Position numbers and translations under genes: made by a program. From Eledone cirrhosa (Eukaryota), in contig OZ024753.1 of NCBI GenBank assembly GCA_964016885.1, positions 37,386,001-37,450,000 of the forward strand: a DNA stretch of 64,000 nucleotides, written 5' to 3'. The notes under the pieces were generated by a model. The model did no database searches, was not told the origin of the DNA, and saw only the letters and a list, made by a program, of their open reading frames with translations. Below are positions 1 to 13,004 of this stretch, piece after piece (within the stretch, counting starts at the first letter, position 1; each line of letters opens with the position of its first letter).

Positions 1-787
1 AGTGATTTTAACAACTATTTGAATGGCTAGATTATTCTTCCATGGTGTAATTACTTTAGTTTCGTCACATGGACTCAGATGTTGTCACTTTCCAAATGTC
101 TTCTCCATCCAGTTGGCCATCCATCTTCTCCATCCTTCTCCATCTTGTGGCCCGGGACCACGAGATGGACTGACCCTTAAGTTTCATTTCATGGTGGTGA
201 CATGTGAAATAGATCTACTTGCATAAGCACGAGTAGTTTCCTTTTTGTATGTAACTGGTAAGACGTTGAAGAGAAAGTAAATTCTAAATAAATTTCTTAA
301 ATTTTAAATTCATTTTGAAAAAAAAATACAATCTTTATTTCACAGGAAACTAAGCCAAAATTCAGAAAGGGGGTTCAATTTAAACACTTTAGCCTTTCAC
401 CCACATTTGCTAGCCATGTACCTAATATAGAAACTAATATAAATAAATAAAGTTATGAATAAATAAAGGAACGAACGAAAACCAAACAAAGAAGGAGAAC
501 GAGGAGAAGATAAAACACACGAATGAAATTAAAACGTACTTTGGCACATTTCCTGCAACTCGATATAAGCTAAAATAATACAAATTTGCTTTTTAAAATT
601 ACTCTTCCGGATTGATTTTATTGCACGAAACTCAGAGAATACTCGCTTCCTAATAGGAAACGAGGTGTAAAATGTATAATTAGAGGCGGATTTAACCTTC
701 CTTATCAACCTATGGGTCTAATCCCCATCTGGCGGATATATATCTGTATCTATCTATCTACATATACATCAAACACACACCACACAC

Positions 788-898
<111 letters not shown>

Positions 899-970
899 GT
901 GTGTGTTTGATGTATATGTAGATAGATGGATACAGATATATATCAGATATACATGTATATATATATACAT

Positions 971-1026
971 AGCTACTGCAAGACTAGCACTGTTTCATTC
1001 GGGAGAAATCATCAGGAAGCCCTGAT
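971..1026 (-). mobile_element. Diverged HHR-bearing mini-element between (TA)n tracts (family E)
   Basis: Reverse complement reads cttc-CTGATGA-tttctcccgaat-GAAA-cagtgctagtcttgca-gtagc, homologous to 57573-57621. The cleavage triplet is mutated. Short fold-back atcagg/cctgat at 1011-1026. Confidence 0.6.
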
Positions 1027-1101
1027 ATATATATATATATGTGTGTGTGTGTGTTCACCGATAAACTGCTTTTGCGATATTCGTTCGCATTTTCAGCGGT
1101 C

Positions 1102-1131
1102 TACTGCTACTACTACCACTACCACCACCAT

Positions 1132-1188
<57 letters not shown>
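1102..1188. repeat. (TAC)n/(CAC)n trinucleotide microsatellite
   Basis: Direct reading. Confidence 0.95.
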
Positions 1189-1300
1189 AACATAGAATGC
1201 GATAAAAAAAAGACTTCAAACAACAAATAGTTTCTAAATCGTTGTTTGACACCCAAAGAACATATGGGGATTTCCTCATCCTTTCGCTTTTGTATATATA

Positions 1301-1735
1301 CATGGTGGCTGCCAACTCGTTTTCGAGTACGGCCACTGCTTTATATCCATGTAGGAGAACCCCTACCGTTGCGCTGAACGAGTGTGACTTTTTAGTCCAG
1401 CCAGCGACTTGAAAACTATGGTACAAACACTACACTTGTGACAATTATTGATACATAGTGCAGGGCCCATGGTACCATGTAAAGACAAGTGCAGAGAGAT
1501 CTCCAGATATAAAGCAATGCCTGTGCCGTGAAGCTTTTATAGTGAGCAAAGGCACTGCAGAAAGCCAGTCCCACTCTCTTAACAAAGATGATATTTACCA
1601 AAAAGAATAACAAGTCAACATCATTGGATACCATCAGGGTTGCAGGTGTTATATCAGAGTTTTCCTTCTCCTAGAATTCTGCCTTGACAAAGGCTAAGGG
1701 GTCACCCGGTGATTTTGGATGGCCATTGACTCTTA
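1301..1735 (-). mobile_element. Interspersed repeat, probable non-LTR (RTE-like) 5' region; inverted copy of 9400-9838
   Basis: Near-identical reverse complement of 9400-9838 (gagtcaatggccatccaaaatcacc...gagttggcagccaccat). The family assignment is inference. Confidence 0.7.
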
Positions 1736-1742
1736 TATATAC

Positions 1743-1839
<97 letters not shown>

Positions 1840-1902
1840 TGCATATATATATATACATACATATATACATATATACATACATATATATATATTTATTTAT
1901 TT

Positions 1903-2011
1903 ATTTATTAAAATAACAGATTAAAGTTTAAGCAAAGAATCACTGCTTTCACCCTTAACAGGATCTTCTGAAACGGGATCTTTGGATTTTAGTCTTCAAA
2001 TTTATTATTAT

Positions 2012-2015
<4 letters not shown>
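1903..2015 (-). mobile_element. Family C mini-element with variant HHR (CAGAAGA core) plus inverted terminal piece
   Basis: Minus strand gttt-CAGAAGA-tcctgttaagggt-GAAA-gca...tgc-TT-aaact. The plus-strand tail gattttagtcttca...attattac abuts (TA)n. Confidence 0.7.
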
Positions 2016-2068
<53 letters not shown>

Positions 2069-2129
2069 TATAAATGTTAAATGTATATATATATACATTT
2101 ATACATATATGCATTTATATATCTATTTA

Positions 2130-2185
<56 letters not shown>

Positions 2186-2189
<4 letters not shown>

Positions 2190-2378
2190 AACGAGTAGGA
2201 CCCCGACGGCTGAGCTCAAGCCGTTTCGACGGCTAATTCTAAGTCCAGAATTACCCGTCGAAACGGCTTGAGCTCAGCCGTCGGGGTCCTACTCGTTCCT
2301 ATTACCCACTCTACTACCCTAAGTATTGAGTACTTTGGTGCGTTATGGTCCACCTGGTTCCTTACCACATTTCCTTCG

Positions 2379-2381
<3 letters not shown>
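2186..2381 (+). mobile_element. Family B fold-back mini-element (PLE-type 3' tip with inverted 5' extension)
   Basis: Near-perfect palindrome 2188-2299 with about 53-bp arms. Carries the HHR 3' half GAAACGGC...GCCGTC. (TA)n lies on both sides. Confidence 0.85.
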
Positions 2382-2441
<60 letters not shown>

Positions 2442-2447
2442 GATAGA

Positions 2448-2880
2448 TGTATTTTAAAGTATTAAATCCTTAAATTTATTTATTTAATTATAAATACGGA
2501 AAGTGCAGCGGCAGAAGATAAATAAAACTTCAAAATAATCATAATATCCCGATATCGTTTAGAGAATAATAGTGTAAAATTAAAATTTACACCGGTTTCT
2601 CGCTCCCACGGACATTTTTTGTTCAGATTAAAGAGAGGAGCGGTATTAATTAATTGTTTTATTTATTTACTTATATCAAACAAGGAACAAGATGCAGGGA
2701 AAGAAATAAAAAAATTTATCGTCGTTAAAAAATAATTGTGCCATTACCCCTCCCGTGATGCAACAGTAGAGGTAAATACTTTGACGATTTAGCGACATCA
2801 GTTCCCCAAATTTCCCCGAACGAAATCTCAAGAACGATAACTCCGGTTTTACTTAATCGCAAAATTGGGTGCAAAAAAGT
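2448..2880 (+). repeat. About 430-bp interspersed repeat, inverted partner of 5340-5810
   Basis: Shared blocks aatacggaaagtgcagcg, acatcagttccccaaattt and ttaatcgcaaaattgggtgcaaaaa occur reverse-complemented at 5340-5810. Confidence 0.8.
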
Positions 2881-3282
2881 TTATGATAGATGTAGATAAT
2901 AAAGCTTGGACATTGTTAATTGAAATATCTCGAGAAGACCAACTCTCTTTACGTTTAGATATCCGATGGGTTTATATATATATATGTGTGTGTGTGTGTA
3001 TATATATATATATACACACATTTATATATATATATATATATATATACATTAAAAAATTGAACGGGAACAAAACAGAGAGGCAGTACGAACAAAGGTTTAT
3101 TAGTTTCACGCTCTTGAGAGTATATATATATATATGTGTGTGTGTTTGTGTGTGTGTGTGAATATATTTTTTAGGTATGAGAACATAGCTGGTAATGAGA
3201 GAGATGCAAGAGGACATGTAGAATGAAACGTAGGAAAGAGTGTAAAAACAATAACACGAGATAGAGTTACCTTGGAATTGAT

Positions 3283-3331
<49 letters not shown>

Positions 3332-3341
3332 CTTTCTGCGC

Positions 3342-3372
<31 letters not shown>

Positions 3373-3516
3373 GCATCCTTTTATAAAAAAGAGACTCATA
3401 ACGAACTCAAGACGATACGATAATTATTTAAGCTAATGTTCAATATCTCATATTAGATGTTTAGTAATGATTAATACGAAATGCACTTAAACCGAATTCT
3501 ATATTATAAATTCACT

Positions 3517-3597
<81 letters not shown>

Positions 3598-3850
3598 AGT
3601 AGTGAAAGAGTGAAGAATAATATGATGATCGGCTGTACAAAAAGGGTTATTTACATAATTGATCAGGCGAGTCTAAAGGCCGCTGAACGCTCAAAATTGC
3701 GTCACTCTACCTTAAATACAGTGTGTCTGTGATTAAATCATCGGAATACTGGAGGGTGTACTTATAGATACATCGGAGAATCAGCATGTACATGTAACCT
3801 ACATAGAGCACTCTTTTTTCCTGGACCTTTCCGACGGAATTACTTCATTT

Positions 3851-3888
<38 letters not shown>

Positions 3889-4454
3889 GTATCTATATAT
3901 AAATATATATATATATATAACATTAAATTAAAAATCGATTGACATATATATATATATATATATAAATATACTGTATATAAACACGTCAAACAATTAAGGG
4001 GCTGCTATTTCTAGCTATCGATAATCCTATTTACGCCACTGCGTTGACGTGTATTTATTTTAGAAAACCACACGTGCTTTTTGTCATTTCCAGATTTATT
4101 TTTAGTGTGTAAACACAAATAGATAAATCTCCTCCTTTGAGATGATCTGTGATTTAAGATCAGTAATTTGCCGATCGATGATGAAATATTTAATGAAAGG
4201 AGATTAATCATTATTGCAAGGTATCTTATATTTGAGGTTCTCGTTAATTTTTGATGTTACCTACGTAACAAGTTATCCCCTGTAATTGTTTGATGTGTTT
4301 ATATATACGGTTGATTATAGACTTGTTCTATGTGTGACGGTATTTTAACGATAGTTATAGCTCTGATTTATCTAAATTATTGAGCCCTCTGCCGCTCATA
4401 TCGAATTTTGTTTATCGTGAACTCATGCGCCGATTTTTCGATACTCGATTATTC

Positions 4455-4518
<64 letters not shown>

Positions 4519-4873
4519 CGCTATAGTCACTTATATATTATGGAATACTGTTGGCTTTTTGCTACAATATTTTCTATACCTTTCATTTATATATATATAT
4601 ATATATATGTACACATATATATGAACACATATATGTATATGTCTGTGTTCGTTTTTCTATTTTGTTTAGTTATATTATACGGCTCGGGACTGTTTTGAGT
4701 TTTTAACTGTTGATATATATGACGCCAACGGTCTGAAATCTGTTCGTAATCTGATTGCCATACAGACACATATATGTGTCTTTATATACATTATGAAGTG
4801 CTGTTGGCTTTTCGCTGCAGTGTTTTCTATACCTTTCATTTATATATTTATATATATATGTGTGTATGTTACG

Positions 4874-4917
<44 letters not shown>

Positions 4918-5267
4918 GGTTATATTTAATTTGTTGGGATTCAACAAGCTTAAACATGTTTGTAAGTGGTATAAACCACTCAACAGATAGTGGAGTAAAT
5001 ATTCTTAATAAATGGAAACTATATTTATAAAAGCAAAATTATTTTATTATATATATTTCAAGGGCAACCCGGTAAAAAATACAACCTTAACGGTTGAAGC
5101 TTTCTATATATTTGATATATCTCATATGAAATGATACAGCCAATTTTCCACACAATACAATTAGTTAGCACCCTGAATTAGGAATATACTCAGGTATTTC
5201 CTAATGTTTGTTGAGTGAGTTGGAATTTGGCCGGAGTATCGCTATTAGCTTTCTCCGATTATGTATT

Positions 5268-5298
<31 letters not shown>

Positions 5299-5339
5299 TC
5301 ATACATACATACTCATACATAAAAAAATACTTCTCTACT

Positions 5340-5810
5340 GAAACGTTTTTGCACCCAATTTTGCGATTAAGTAAAAACAGAGTTGTCGTTCTTGAGATTT
5401 CGCCACGGAGAAATTTGGGGAACTGATGTCGCTAAATAGTCAAAGTATTTACCTCCACTGTTGCATTATGGGAGGGTAATGGCTGAATCTTTTTTTTTAA
5501 CGACGATAAATTTTTTAATTTCTTTCCCAGTATCTTGATCCTTGTTTGATATAAGTAAATAAGTATAAAATAATTCAATTAATTTATTGCCCATCTCTCT
5601 TTGATCTGAACATCAAGTTACCATGGGAGCGACAGGGCAAGGGTAACGTGAAATACCTAAACCGGTGTAAATTTTAATTTTACGCTATTATTCTCAAAAT
5701 AATGTTGAATATTATGAATAGTTTGAAGTTTTATTTATCTTCTATCGCTGCACTTTCCGTATTTATAATTAAATAAATAAATATAAGGTTTTAATACTTT
5801 AAATATATAA
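5340..5810 (-). repeat. Inverted copy of 2448-2880
   Basis: Diverged reverse-complement homology. Confidence 0.8.
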
Positions 5811-5952
5811 TATTTCAGTAAATTCTATGGAAGCTTCGTTGGCAAGAGTAATGGATATTCATTCTTTCGTAACGAGGTGAGTGGTTTAATATCGAGCTGG
5901 AATCATTTTATTTTATTATTTTAAGATGCAAATAATATAATATATACGTATT

Positions 5953-6024
<72 letters not shown>

Positions 6025-6321
6025 TATACATATTTATATATATATATAAATACATGTTTATATATATATATATATTTATATATATATACATATTTATATA
6101 TATATATATATATATACACACACATATATACATATATATATATATACACATATATATATATTTATTTATATATATATACCTACATATATATATATACATA
6201 TGTATATATATATGCCTACATATATATGCATATTCATATATATATATATACATATTTATATATATATCTATATAGATATTTACATATATATATGTATATA
6301 CATATTTATATATATATATCA

Positions 6322-6445
6322 TCACATCATCATCATCATCACCGTTTTACGTCCGTTCTTCCACGCTAGCATGGGTTAGACGGGTTGTCCTGTTGTGGGC
6401 AGTGTCTGGTCGGCTAACCATGCCTTGCTCATACAGGAACTGATC
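6322..6445 (-). mobile_element. RTE-type 3' tail (SINE/LINE end) with (GAT)n terminus
   Basis: Reverse complement ...aacccatgctagcgtggaagaacggacgtaaaacggtgatgatgatg. Confidence 0.7.
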
Positions 6446-6448
6446 TAG

Positions 6449-6513
<65 letters not shown>

Positions 6514-6694
6514 TTATATATACATATATATATATTTATATATATAGATTTTGAGTTTATGTTGGTTGTATACCAACACCTCAGTATGCAGACTGGAGCA
6601 CTCGACGAAGTGCGCAGGTTGGTTTGGTTACTCCGGAGTAGTGTAAAATAAAGTTAAATAAAAGTCAAATGATTAAAATTTAGCTTCGTTTATT

Positions 6695-6749
6695 ACTGCT
6701 ATATATATTTCAGTGACAGCCATCTTTGGCTGTGACCTCTTCAGGCAGT
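6695..6749 (-). ncRNA. Type I hammerhead ribozyme (family A)
   Basis: Reverse complement of 8286-8340. Confidence 0.85.
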
Positions 6750-8285
6750 TTGAATTAGTATGGTATAGACAAGTACATATGTTGTTTAGGTGTATGTATG
6801 ATATTGTCAATACTCTGATATGCCCAGTTCCTTGTTGGGTTGTTATTTCACTAAGAAACTGGAGTCATATGAATTCAAACAAACGAATTTCAGTATCACA
6901 GGTCCCCTTCTCCTCTCATTGGTCAGTTATTAGAAAATTCCTCATTCTAAGTGTTGTTATTGTTGGAGTTAGCTTAAAAATTGATAAAATGGTAGAAGGG
7001 ACAAGGTGTTAAAGGAACAAAATAACAAAAAAAGTGTCAAACTTCTCATTGTTCAGTTCTGAGAGCATTCCTCAGTCAGAAGTCTATAGAATTCTTTCTG
7101 GGGTGAGGCTCCCAGTAGCAACACAAGAAGATGTGAACTCCCCTCAAGCTATAGGGGCTTCTACAGAACATGAAAACACCTCTCGGCCAGACCTCCCTCA
7201 AGCTATATGGGCAATAACAACACCCTAGATTGTGAACTCCCCTCAAGCTACAGGGAACAACCCAGGCGGAGCAGACACCATGATAGCCTAGAGATAGAAT
7301 CAGACACAGCCATAATAATTTGGCCAACATCTATAACACAAACACTTTTAATTTACCAGATTTCTGACTTTTAAGTTCCAATCTTAAATCTTGATTTCTC
7401 TTTATTAATTTGTTATTTGTTTTCTGCCCTCTTCACTGTATCACCTTATATTTATTTTAAGTTGAGATAGATTATAACACAAACACATTGAATATCTCAT
7501 CTTAACATCTTGTTTCATACCAATCTATCCAACATATTCTGACCTTGAGATTGGTTATAGCACACACACACACACTTTATCCTACATTATTTCTCACTTC
7601 TCCATATACATTATCATTACTTTTTCACCAATCTCTCATTTACTCTTTATTCTTTATTCTCTATTTATTTATTTATTTTCAAATTACACAAATTATATTA
7701 ATTATTTTATTATATTATTTATTTATTTTCTGTTTTCTTCATTTATTGCCTTATATTTCTTCATATACACTACGATGGTGGCGGGAGGGATGAAGAAAAA
7801 ACACAAACTGGATACTTCTAAATTGTTAGCAGCAGCAAGATATAAGCTGACCACTACAACAACAACAGTACCAAAATAGTGGTGGAGGTCAAATGTACTG
7901 AACAATAGCAGGCAAAAACACTACAGGGAGCCTCACCCCAGAAAGAATTCTATAGACTTCTGACTGAGGAATGCTCTCAGAACTGAACAATGGGAAGTTT
8001 GACACTTTTTTTGTTATTTTGTTCCTTTAACACCTTGTCCCTTCTACCATTTTATCAATTTTTAAGCTAACTCCAACAATAACAACACTTAGAATGAGGA
8101 ATTTTCTAATAACTGACCAATGAGAGGAGAAGGGGACCTGTGACACTGAAATTCGTTTGTTTGAATTCATATGGCTCCAGTTTCTCAGTGAAATAACAAC
8201 CCAACAAGGAACTGGGCATATCAGAGTATTGACAATATCATACACCTAAACAACATATGTACTTGTCTATACCATACTAATTCAA

Positions 8286-8340
8286 ACTGCCTGAAGAGGT
8301 CACAGCCAAAGATGGCTGTCACTGAAATATATATAGCAGT
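8286..8340 (+). ncRNA. Type I hammerhead ribozyme (family A)
   Basis: actgc-CTGAAGA-ggtcacagcca(aaga)tggctgtcact-GAAA-tatat-ATA-gcagt. Stem I is actgc/gcagt, stem II is long, stem III is palindromic, and predicted cleavage is after 8335. Confidence 0.88.
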
Positions 8341-8382
8341 AATAAACAAAGCTAAATTTTAATCATTTGACTTTTATTTAAC

Positions 8383-8423
<41 letters not shown>

Positions 8424-8445
8424 TTATATATATATTTATATATAC

Positions 8446-8535
<90 letters not shown>

Positions 8536-8554
8536 ATATACATATTTATATCAG

Positions 8555-8780
8555 CATCATCATCATCATCGTTTAACGTCCATCTTCCACGCTTGCATGG
8601 GTTGGGACGGGAGTTTTCCCACTTGGGGCAAGATTGGTTGTCTTGCTCGTATAGGACTGTCTGGCTGGATGCCCTTCCTAACACCAACCACGTTTACAGT
8701 GTGGACTGGGAGGTTTTTACCGTGTTACCTACACGGCCACATTACAGCGTGGACTGTGTGTTTTTTTTTCGTGACACCTA
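8555..8780 (-). mobile_element. SINE 3' part with RTE-type tail
   Basis: Reverse complement ends cccaacccatgcaagcgtggaagatggacgttaaacgatgatgatg. Homologous to 12190-12432 and 13615-13805. Confidence 0.8.
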
Positions 8781-8855
8781 AATATATATATGTATACATA
8801 CATATATGTCCATATTTATAGATATATATATATATATACACATGCACATATATAT

Positions 8856-8886
<31 letters not shown>

Positions 8887-8944
8887 GATAGATACATATA
8901 TGTATATATACATACATATATATATATATATATATAACTTTGAT

Positions 8945-9147
8945 GGGTTTCGCCCAGTATTGGCCCAGAACATGTCTGACTTAATAGCATCATTTGACAA
9001 AGACTTTCAAATCAGGATTTTGGCACCATGGCCCACTCAAGTAGAGAGATATTGTTAATGGAGTCATTTCTGGGTGTAGGAGGCTTATCCGGGATTTCTT
9101 GAAGGAATTTGTCCAAAGACTTATTGAACTTGATGGGGTCTGTTTCT
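8945..9147 (-). mobile_element. CR1-like LINE 3' fragment
   Basis: Homologous to 12548-12790 (ETDPIKF..SLDKFLQEIPDKPPTP-like). Confidence 0.7.
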
Positions 9148-9230
9148 TTTTTTAATGTGTTTATATATATATATATATATAAATATATATATATATAGAG
9201 AGAGAGAGAGATATGTATGTATATATATAT

Positions 9231-9838
9231 GGAGGCAGTTTAGTCACCAACAACCCGACCATGAGACAGGTTGTACTGGGATACATGTTACCAATAGCAC
9301 CAACTGGCGACCTGACATACCAAGGTTTCTTGGTGAGGAGGGTGACTTTGGATATCCTGCAGGACTAAAAACAAAACCTGTCAAAGGGCAAAGAGCTCTT
9401 AAGAGTCAATGGCCATCCAAAATCACCAGGAGAGATGACCCCTTAGCCTTTGTCAAGGCAGAATTCTAGGAGAAGGAAAACTCTGATATAACACCTGCAA
9501 CCCTGATGGTATCCAATGATGTTGACTTGTTCTTCTTTTTGGTAAATATCATCTTGGTTAAGAGAGTGGGACTGGCTTTGTGCAGTGCCTTTGCTCACTG
9601 TAAAAGCTTCACGGCACAGGCATTGCTTTATATCTGGAGATCTCTCTGCACTTGTCGTCACATGGTACCATGGGCCCAGCACTATGTGTCAGTAATTGTC
9701 ACAAGTGTAGTGTTTGTACCATAGTTTTCAAGTCGCTGGCTGGACTAAAAAGTCAAACTCGTTCAGCGCATCGGTAGGGGTTCTCCTACATGGATATAAC
9801 CTAGTGGCCGTACTAGAAAACGAGTTGGCAGCCACCAT
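9231..9838 (+). mobile_element. Interspersed repeat, probable non-LTR (RTE-like) 5' region
   Basis: Second copy of 1301-1735. Its 5' part is also related to 27220-27380. Confidence 0.7.
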
Positions 9839-9842
9839 ATAT

Positions 9843-10176
9843 GGAGGCACATGGCTTAGTGGTTAGACCATTTGCCTTGCAATCGAAAGGTTGTGAGTTC
9901 AATTCTCAGACCGGGTGATGTGTTGTTTCCTTGAGCAAGTCACTTTATTTCACATTGCTCCAGTTTACTCAGCTGTAGAAATGAGATGATAGGGACTGGG
10001 GTCCCTATCATTCCACTGCAAAGTGGTCATGTAGGTGTCACGGAAAAAACCACCCAGCACTCACTGTAAATGAGGTTGGTGTTAGGAAGGTCATCCAGCT
10101 GTAGAAATCAAGCCAGAATCAGTTCCCGTCCCACCCTTGCAAGCAGGGAAAAGTGGACATAAAATGATGATGATGA
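9843..10176 (+). mobile_element. Full-length tRNA-derived SINE with RTE-type (GAT)n tail
   Basis: A box tggcttagtgg, B box gagttcaattc, central ccttgagcaagtcacttt, tail ggacataaaatgatgatg. Confidence 0.9.
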
Positions 10177-10235
10177 TATATATGTGAGACAGAGAAAAAC
10201 TGTGTATAAGAGGGATAAGTTATAGTATGCGGGAG

Positions 10236-10428
10236 GATGACCGCTGGGTAAAGAAATGCCAGTAGAAGGAAGACCACAAAATATATGGGCGGAGGTGGTG
10301 AGAGTGGACTTCAGATCGCTGAAGCTCATGGAGGAGATGACGAAGGACCGTGACAAGTGAAGAGATGCTGTGCTGAAAAGGACACGTCCCACCCTTGCAA
10401 GCAGGGAAAATGATGATGATGATGATAA
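10236..10428 (+). mobile_element. RTE LINE 3' end
   Basis: Translates [34 protein letters not shown]. Shares the cccacccttgcaagcagggaaa tail with the adjacent SINE. Confidence 0.8.
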
Positions 10429-10469
<41 letters not shown>

Positions 10470-10532
10470 TATACATATATACACATATATATATATACAT
10501 ATAGATATATACAAATATATATATATATATGC

Positions 10533-10563
<31 letters not shown>

Positions 10564-10904
10564 CACACACATATATATATATATATATCCATACATATAT
10601 ATGTATATATACACATATATATATATATATACACATATATATATATAAACGTACACACATATATATATATGCACACACATATATATACACACATATATAT
10701 ACACCCAGCTTTTCTATCGAGCTGGAATAATTTTATTTTATTATCTTAAGATACAAATGATATAATATATATATATATTTATTTATTTATATGTATAATT
10801 ATATTTATATGTATATTTATTTATACATACATATACATATTTATATATATATATACACATACATATATATATATACATATTTATATATATATATTTATAT
10901 ATAT

Positions 10905-11097
10905 AATGAAGGAAATGTGGTAAGGAACCAGATGGACCATAATGCACCAAAGTACTCAATACTTAGGGTAGTAGAGTGGGTAATAGGAACGAGTAGGACC
11001 CCGACGGCTGAGCTCAAGCCGTTTCGATGGCTAATTCTGGACTAAATGAAAATTTTTATCCTGGTTCATTTAGTCCAGAATTAGCCGTCGAAACGGC

Positions 11098-11098
<1 letters not shown>
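10905..11098 (-). mobile_element. Family B fold-back mini-element
   Basis: Reverse-complement copy of the 2240-2381 tail plus hairpin gccgtttcgatggctaattctggactaaatgaa/ttcatttagtccagaattagccgtcgaaacggc, within (TA)n. Confidence 0.85.
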
Positions 11099-11130
<32 letters not shown>

Positions 11131-11271
11131 TATGTATATATATATGTATATATATACATATTTATGTATATATATACATACATATATATATATACATATT
11201 TATTTATATATATTTATATATATATACATATTTGTATATATATACACACATATATATATATATATATATAT

Positions 11272-11609
11272 CATTTCATCATTTCATTTTACGTCCGCTT
11301 TTCCCTGCTTGCAAGGGTGGGACGGGAACTGATTCTGGCTTGATTTCTACAGCTGGATGCCCTTCCTAACACCAACCTCATTTACAGTGAGTTCTGGGTG
11401 CTTTTTTGCTGTGGCACCTCCACGACCACTTTGCAGTGGAATGATATGGACCCCAGGGCCTATCATCTCATTTCTACAGCTGAATAAACTGGAGCAATGT
11501 GAAATAAAGTGTCTTGCTCAAGGAAACAACACATCACCTGGTCTGAGGATTGAACTCACAACCTTTCGATTGCAAGGCCAATGCTCTAACCACTAAGCCA
11601 TGTGCCTCC
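11272..11609 (-). mobile_element. Full-length tRNA-derived SINE, inverted copy of 9843-10176
   Basis: Near-identical reverse complement. Confidence 0.9.
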
Positions 11610-11680
11610 ATATATATATATATACTGCCATGACTGAATTTTAACCACCAACACAGTCAAGGTATGTCAGACATCAATTT

Positions 11681-11744
11681 ATTTTATCTGATGAGGACAT
11701 ACTGTTTAAATAGCTCAGTACCTCAGAAATATGTATAATAAAAT
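11681..11744 (+). ncRNA. Type I hammerhead ribozyme (family F)
   Basis: attttat-CTGATGA-ggacatactg...cagtacctca-GAAA-tatgt-ATA-ataaaat, with a perfect 7-bp stem I. Confidence 0.75.
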
Positions 11745-11894
11745 ATATTTGATCACATGAATGTCTATATTTATTAATATTTTGAAGTAATATATATATA
11801 TATTTATATACATATTTATTTATATATACCTACATATAAATATATACATATTTATATATGTATGCATACATATATATACATATTCATATATATA

Positions 11895-11933
<39 letters not shown>

Positions 11934-12120
11934 ATACATATTTATATATATATATGCCTATATATAAATATATACATATTTATATATATATACATATTTA
12001 TATATATGTATACATACATATATATACATATTTTTATATATATATATGTATATAGATATTTACATATATATATGTATATACATATTTATATATATATATG
12101 TATATATATGTATATATATG

Positions 12121-12189
<69 letters not shown>

Positions 12190-12192
<3 letters not shown>

Positions 12193-12432
12193 CATCATCA
12201 TCATCATCGTTTAACGTCCATGGTCCACGCTTGCATGGGTTTGGACGGGAGTTTTCCCACTTGAGGCAAGAGTGGTTGTCTTGCTCGCATCAGACTGTCT
12301 GGCGGGTTTTCTACAGCTGGATGCCCTTCCTAACACCAACCACATTTACAGTGTGGGACTGGGAGGTTTTTACTGTGTTGCCTACACGGCCACATTACAG
12401 AATGGACTGTGTTTTTTTGTCGTGACACCTAC
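12190..12432 (-). mobile_element. SINE 3' part with RTE-type tail
   Basis: Homologous to 8555-8780. Confidence 0.8.
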
Positions 12433-12476
12433 ATGATCTCAATTGTTTATATATATATATATACATATATATACAT

Positions 12477-12508
<32 letters not shown>

Positions 12509-12547
12509 ATATATTTAGATATATAACTTTGATAACTTTCATAGGTT

Positions 12548-12790
12548 TCATTCAGTATTGGCCCAGGCCATGTCTAACTTAATAGCACCACATGGCGAAG
12601 TCTTACAAATCAGTGTTTGGGCACCATGACCCACTTGAGCAAAGTTATTGTTTACGGAGGCATATCCGGGTGTAGGAGACTTATCCAGGATTTCTTGAAG
12701 GAATTTATCCAAAGACTTCTTGAACTTGATGGGGTCTGTTTCTGCTTTGATGTTATTTGGTGTAGTTTTAAAGAGAGCAAGTCCAATTGA
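12548..12790 (-). pseudogene. CR1-like LINE ORF2 C-terminus and 3' UTR
   Basis: GLALFKTTPNNIKAETDPIKFKKSLDKFLQEILDKSPTPGY resembles the GPxLFN..FKxxLDxFL..PDxP..PGY end of invertebrate CR1-group LINEs. Confidence 0.75.
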
Positions 12791-12794
12791 GGTG

Positions 12795-12897
12795 AAATAT
12801 AAAAGGTACAGAAGCGAAACCAACCGAAACAGTGAGTGTGTGTTATTATTATTTCTGGCAATATTATAACAATATGAACCTCCCCAAATATAACCAT
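12795..12897 (-). repeat. (TA)n-adjacent short repeat family (also 25818-25900 and 53375-53475)
   Basis: Shared ttggggag(g)gttcatattg..ataatattgccagaa..aataaca..cactcactgtttcggttggttt. Confidence 0.75.
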
Positions 12898-13004
12898 ATA
12901 TATATGACAATATATATATATGGAGAGATAGAGAGAAATATGGATAGATAGATAACAAAACCAACAAAATACAGAAGTTACGGCTCATATGTATTGTTAT
13001 ATAT

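Larger units (their letters stand above)
6546..8388. mobile_element. Non-autonomous PLE-like element with about 465-bp inverted arms, each containing an HHR (family A)
   Basis: 6647-7113 and 7926-8388 are near-identical inverted repeats (one 4-bp indel, few substitutions). (TA)n lies on both flanks. No RT ORF inside. Confidence 0.85.

Noticed and set aside
23-290. Possible exon (plus ORF of 67 aa, or minus acceptor near 257)
   Set aside because: All minus frames stop quickly and no recognisable protein similarity is seen
3669-3706. HHR-like gagt...gtc-actc motif
   Set aside because: Both core segments are mutated (ctaaagg, aaaa); single copy; could be chance
6713-7012. 99-aa ORF duplicated at 8027-8245
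   Set aside because: Antisense to the HHR-bearing repeat arm, altered by an indel between arms, no recognisable domain
9843-9915. tRNA gene
   Set aside because: A and B boxes are present but run into a SINE body and tail; no proper acceptor stem or terminator
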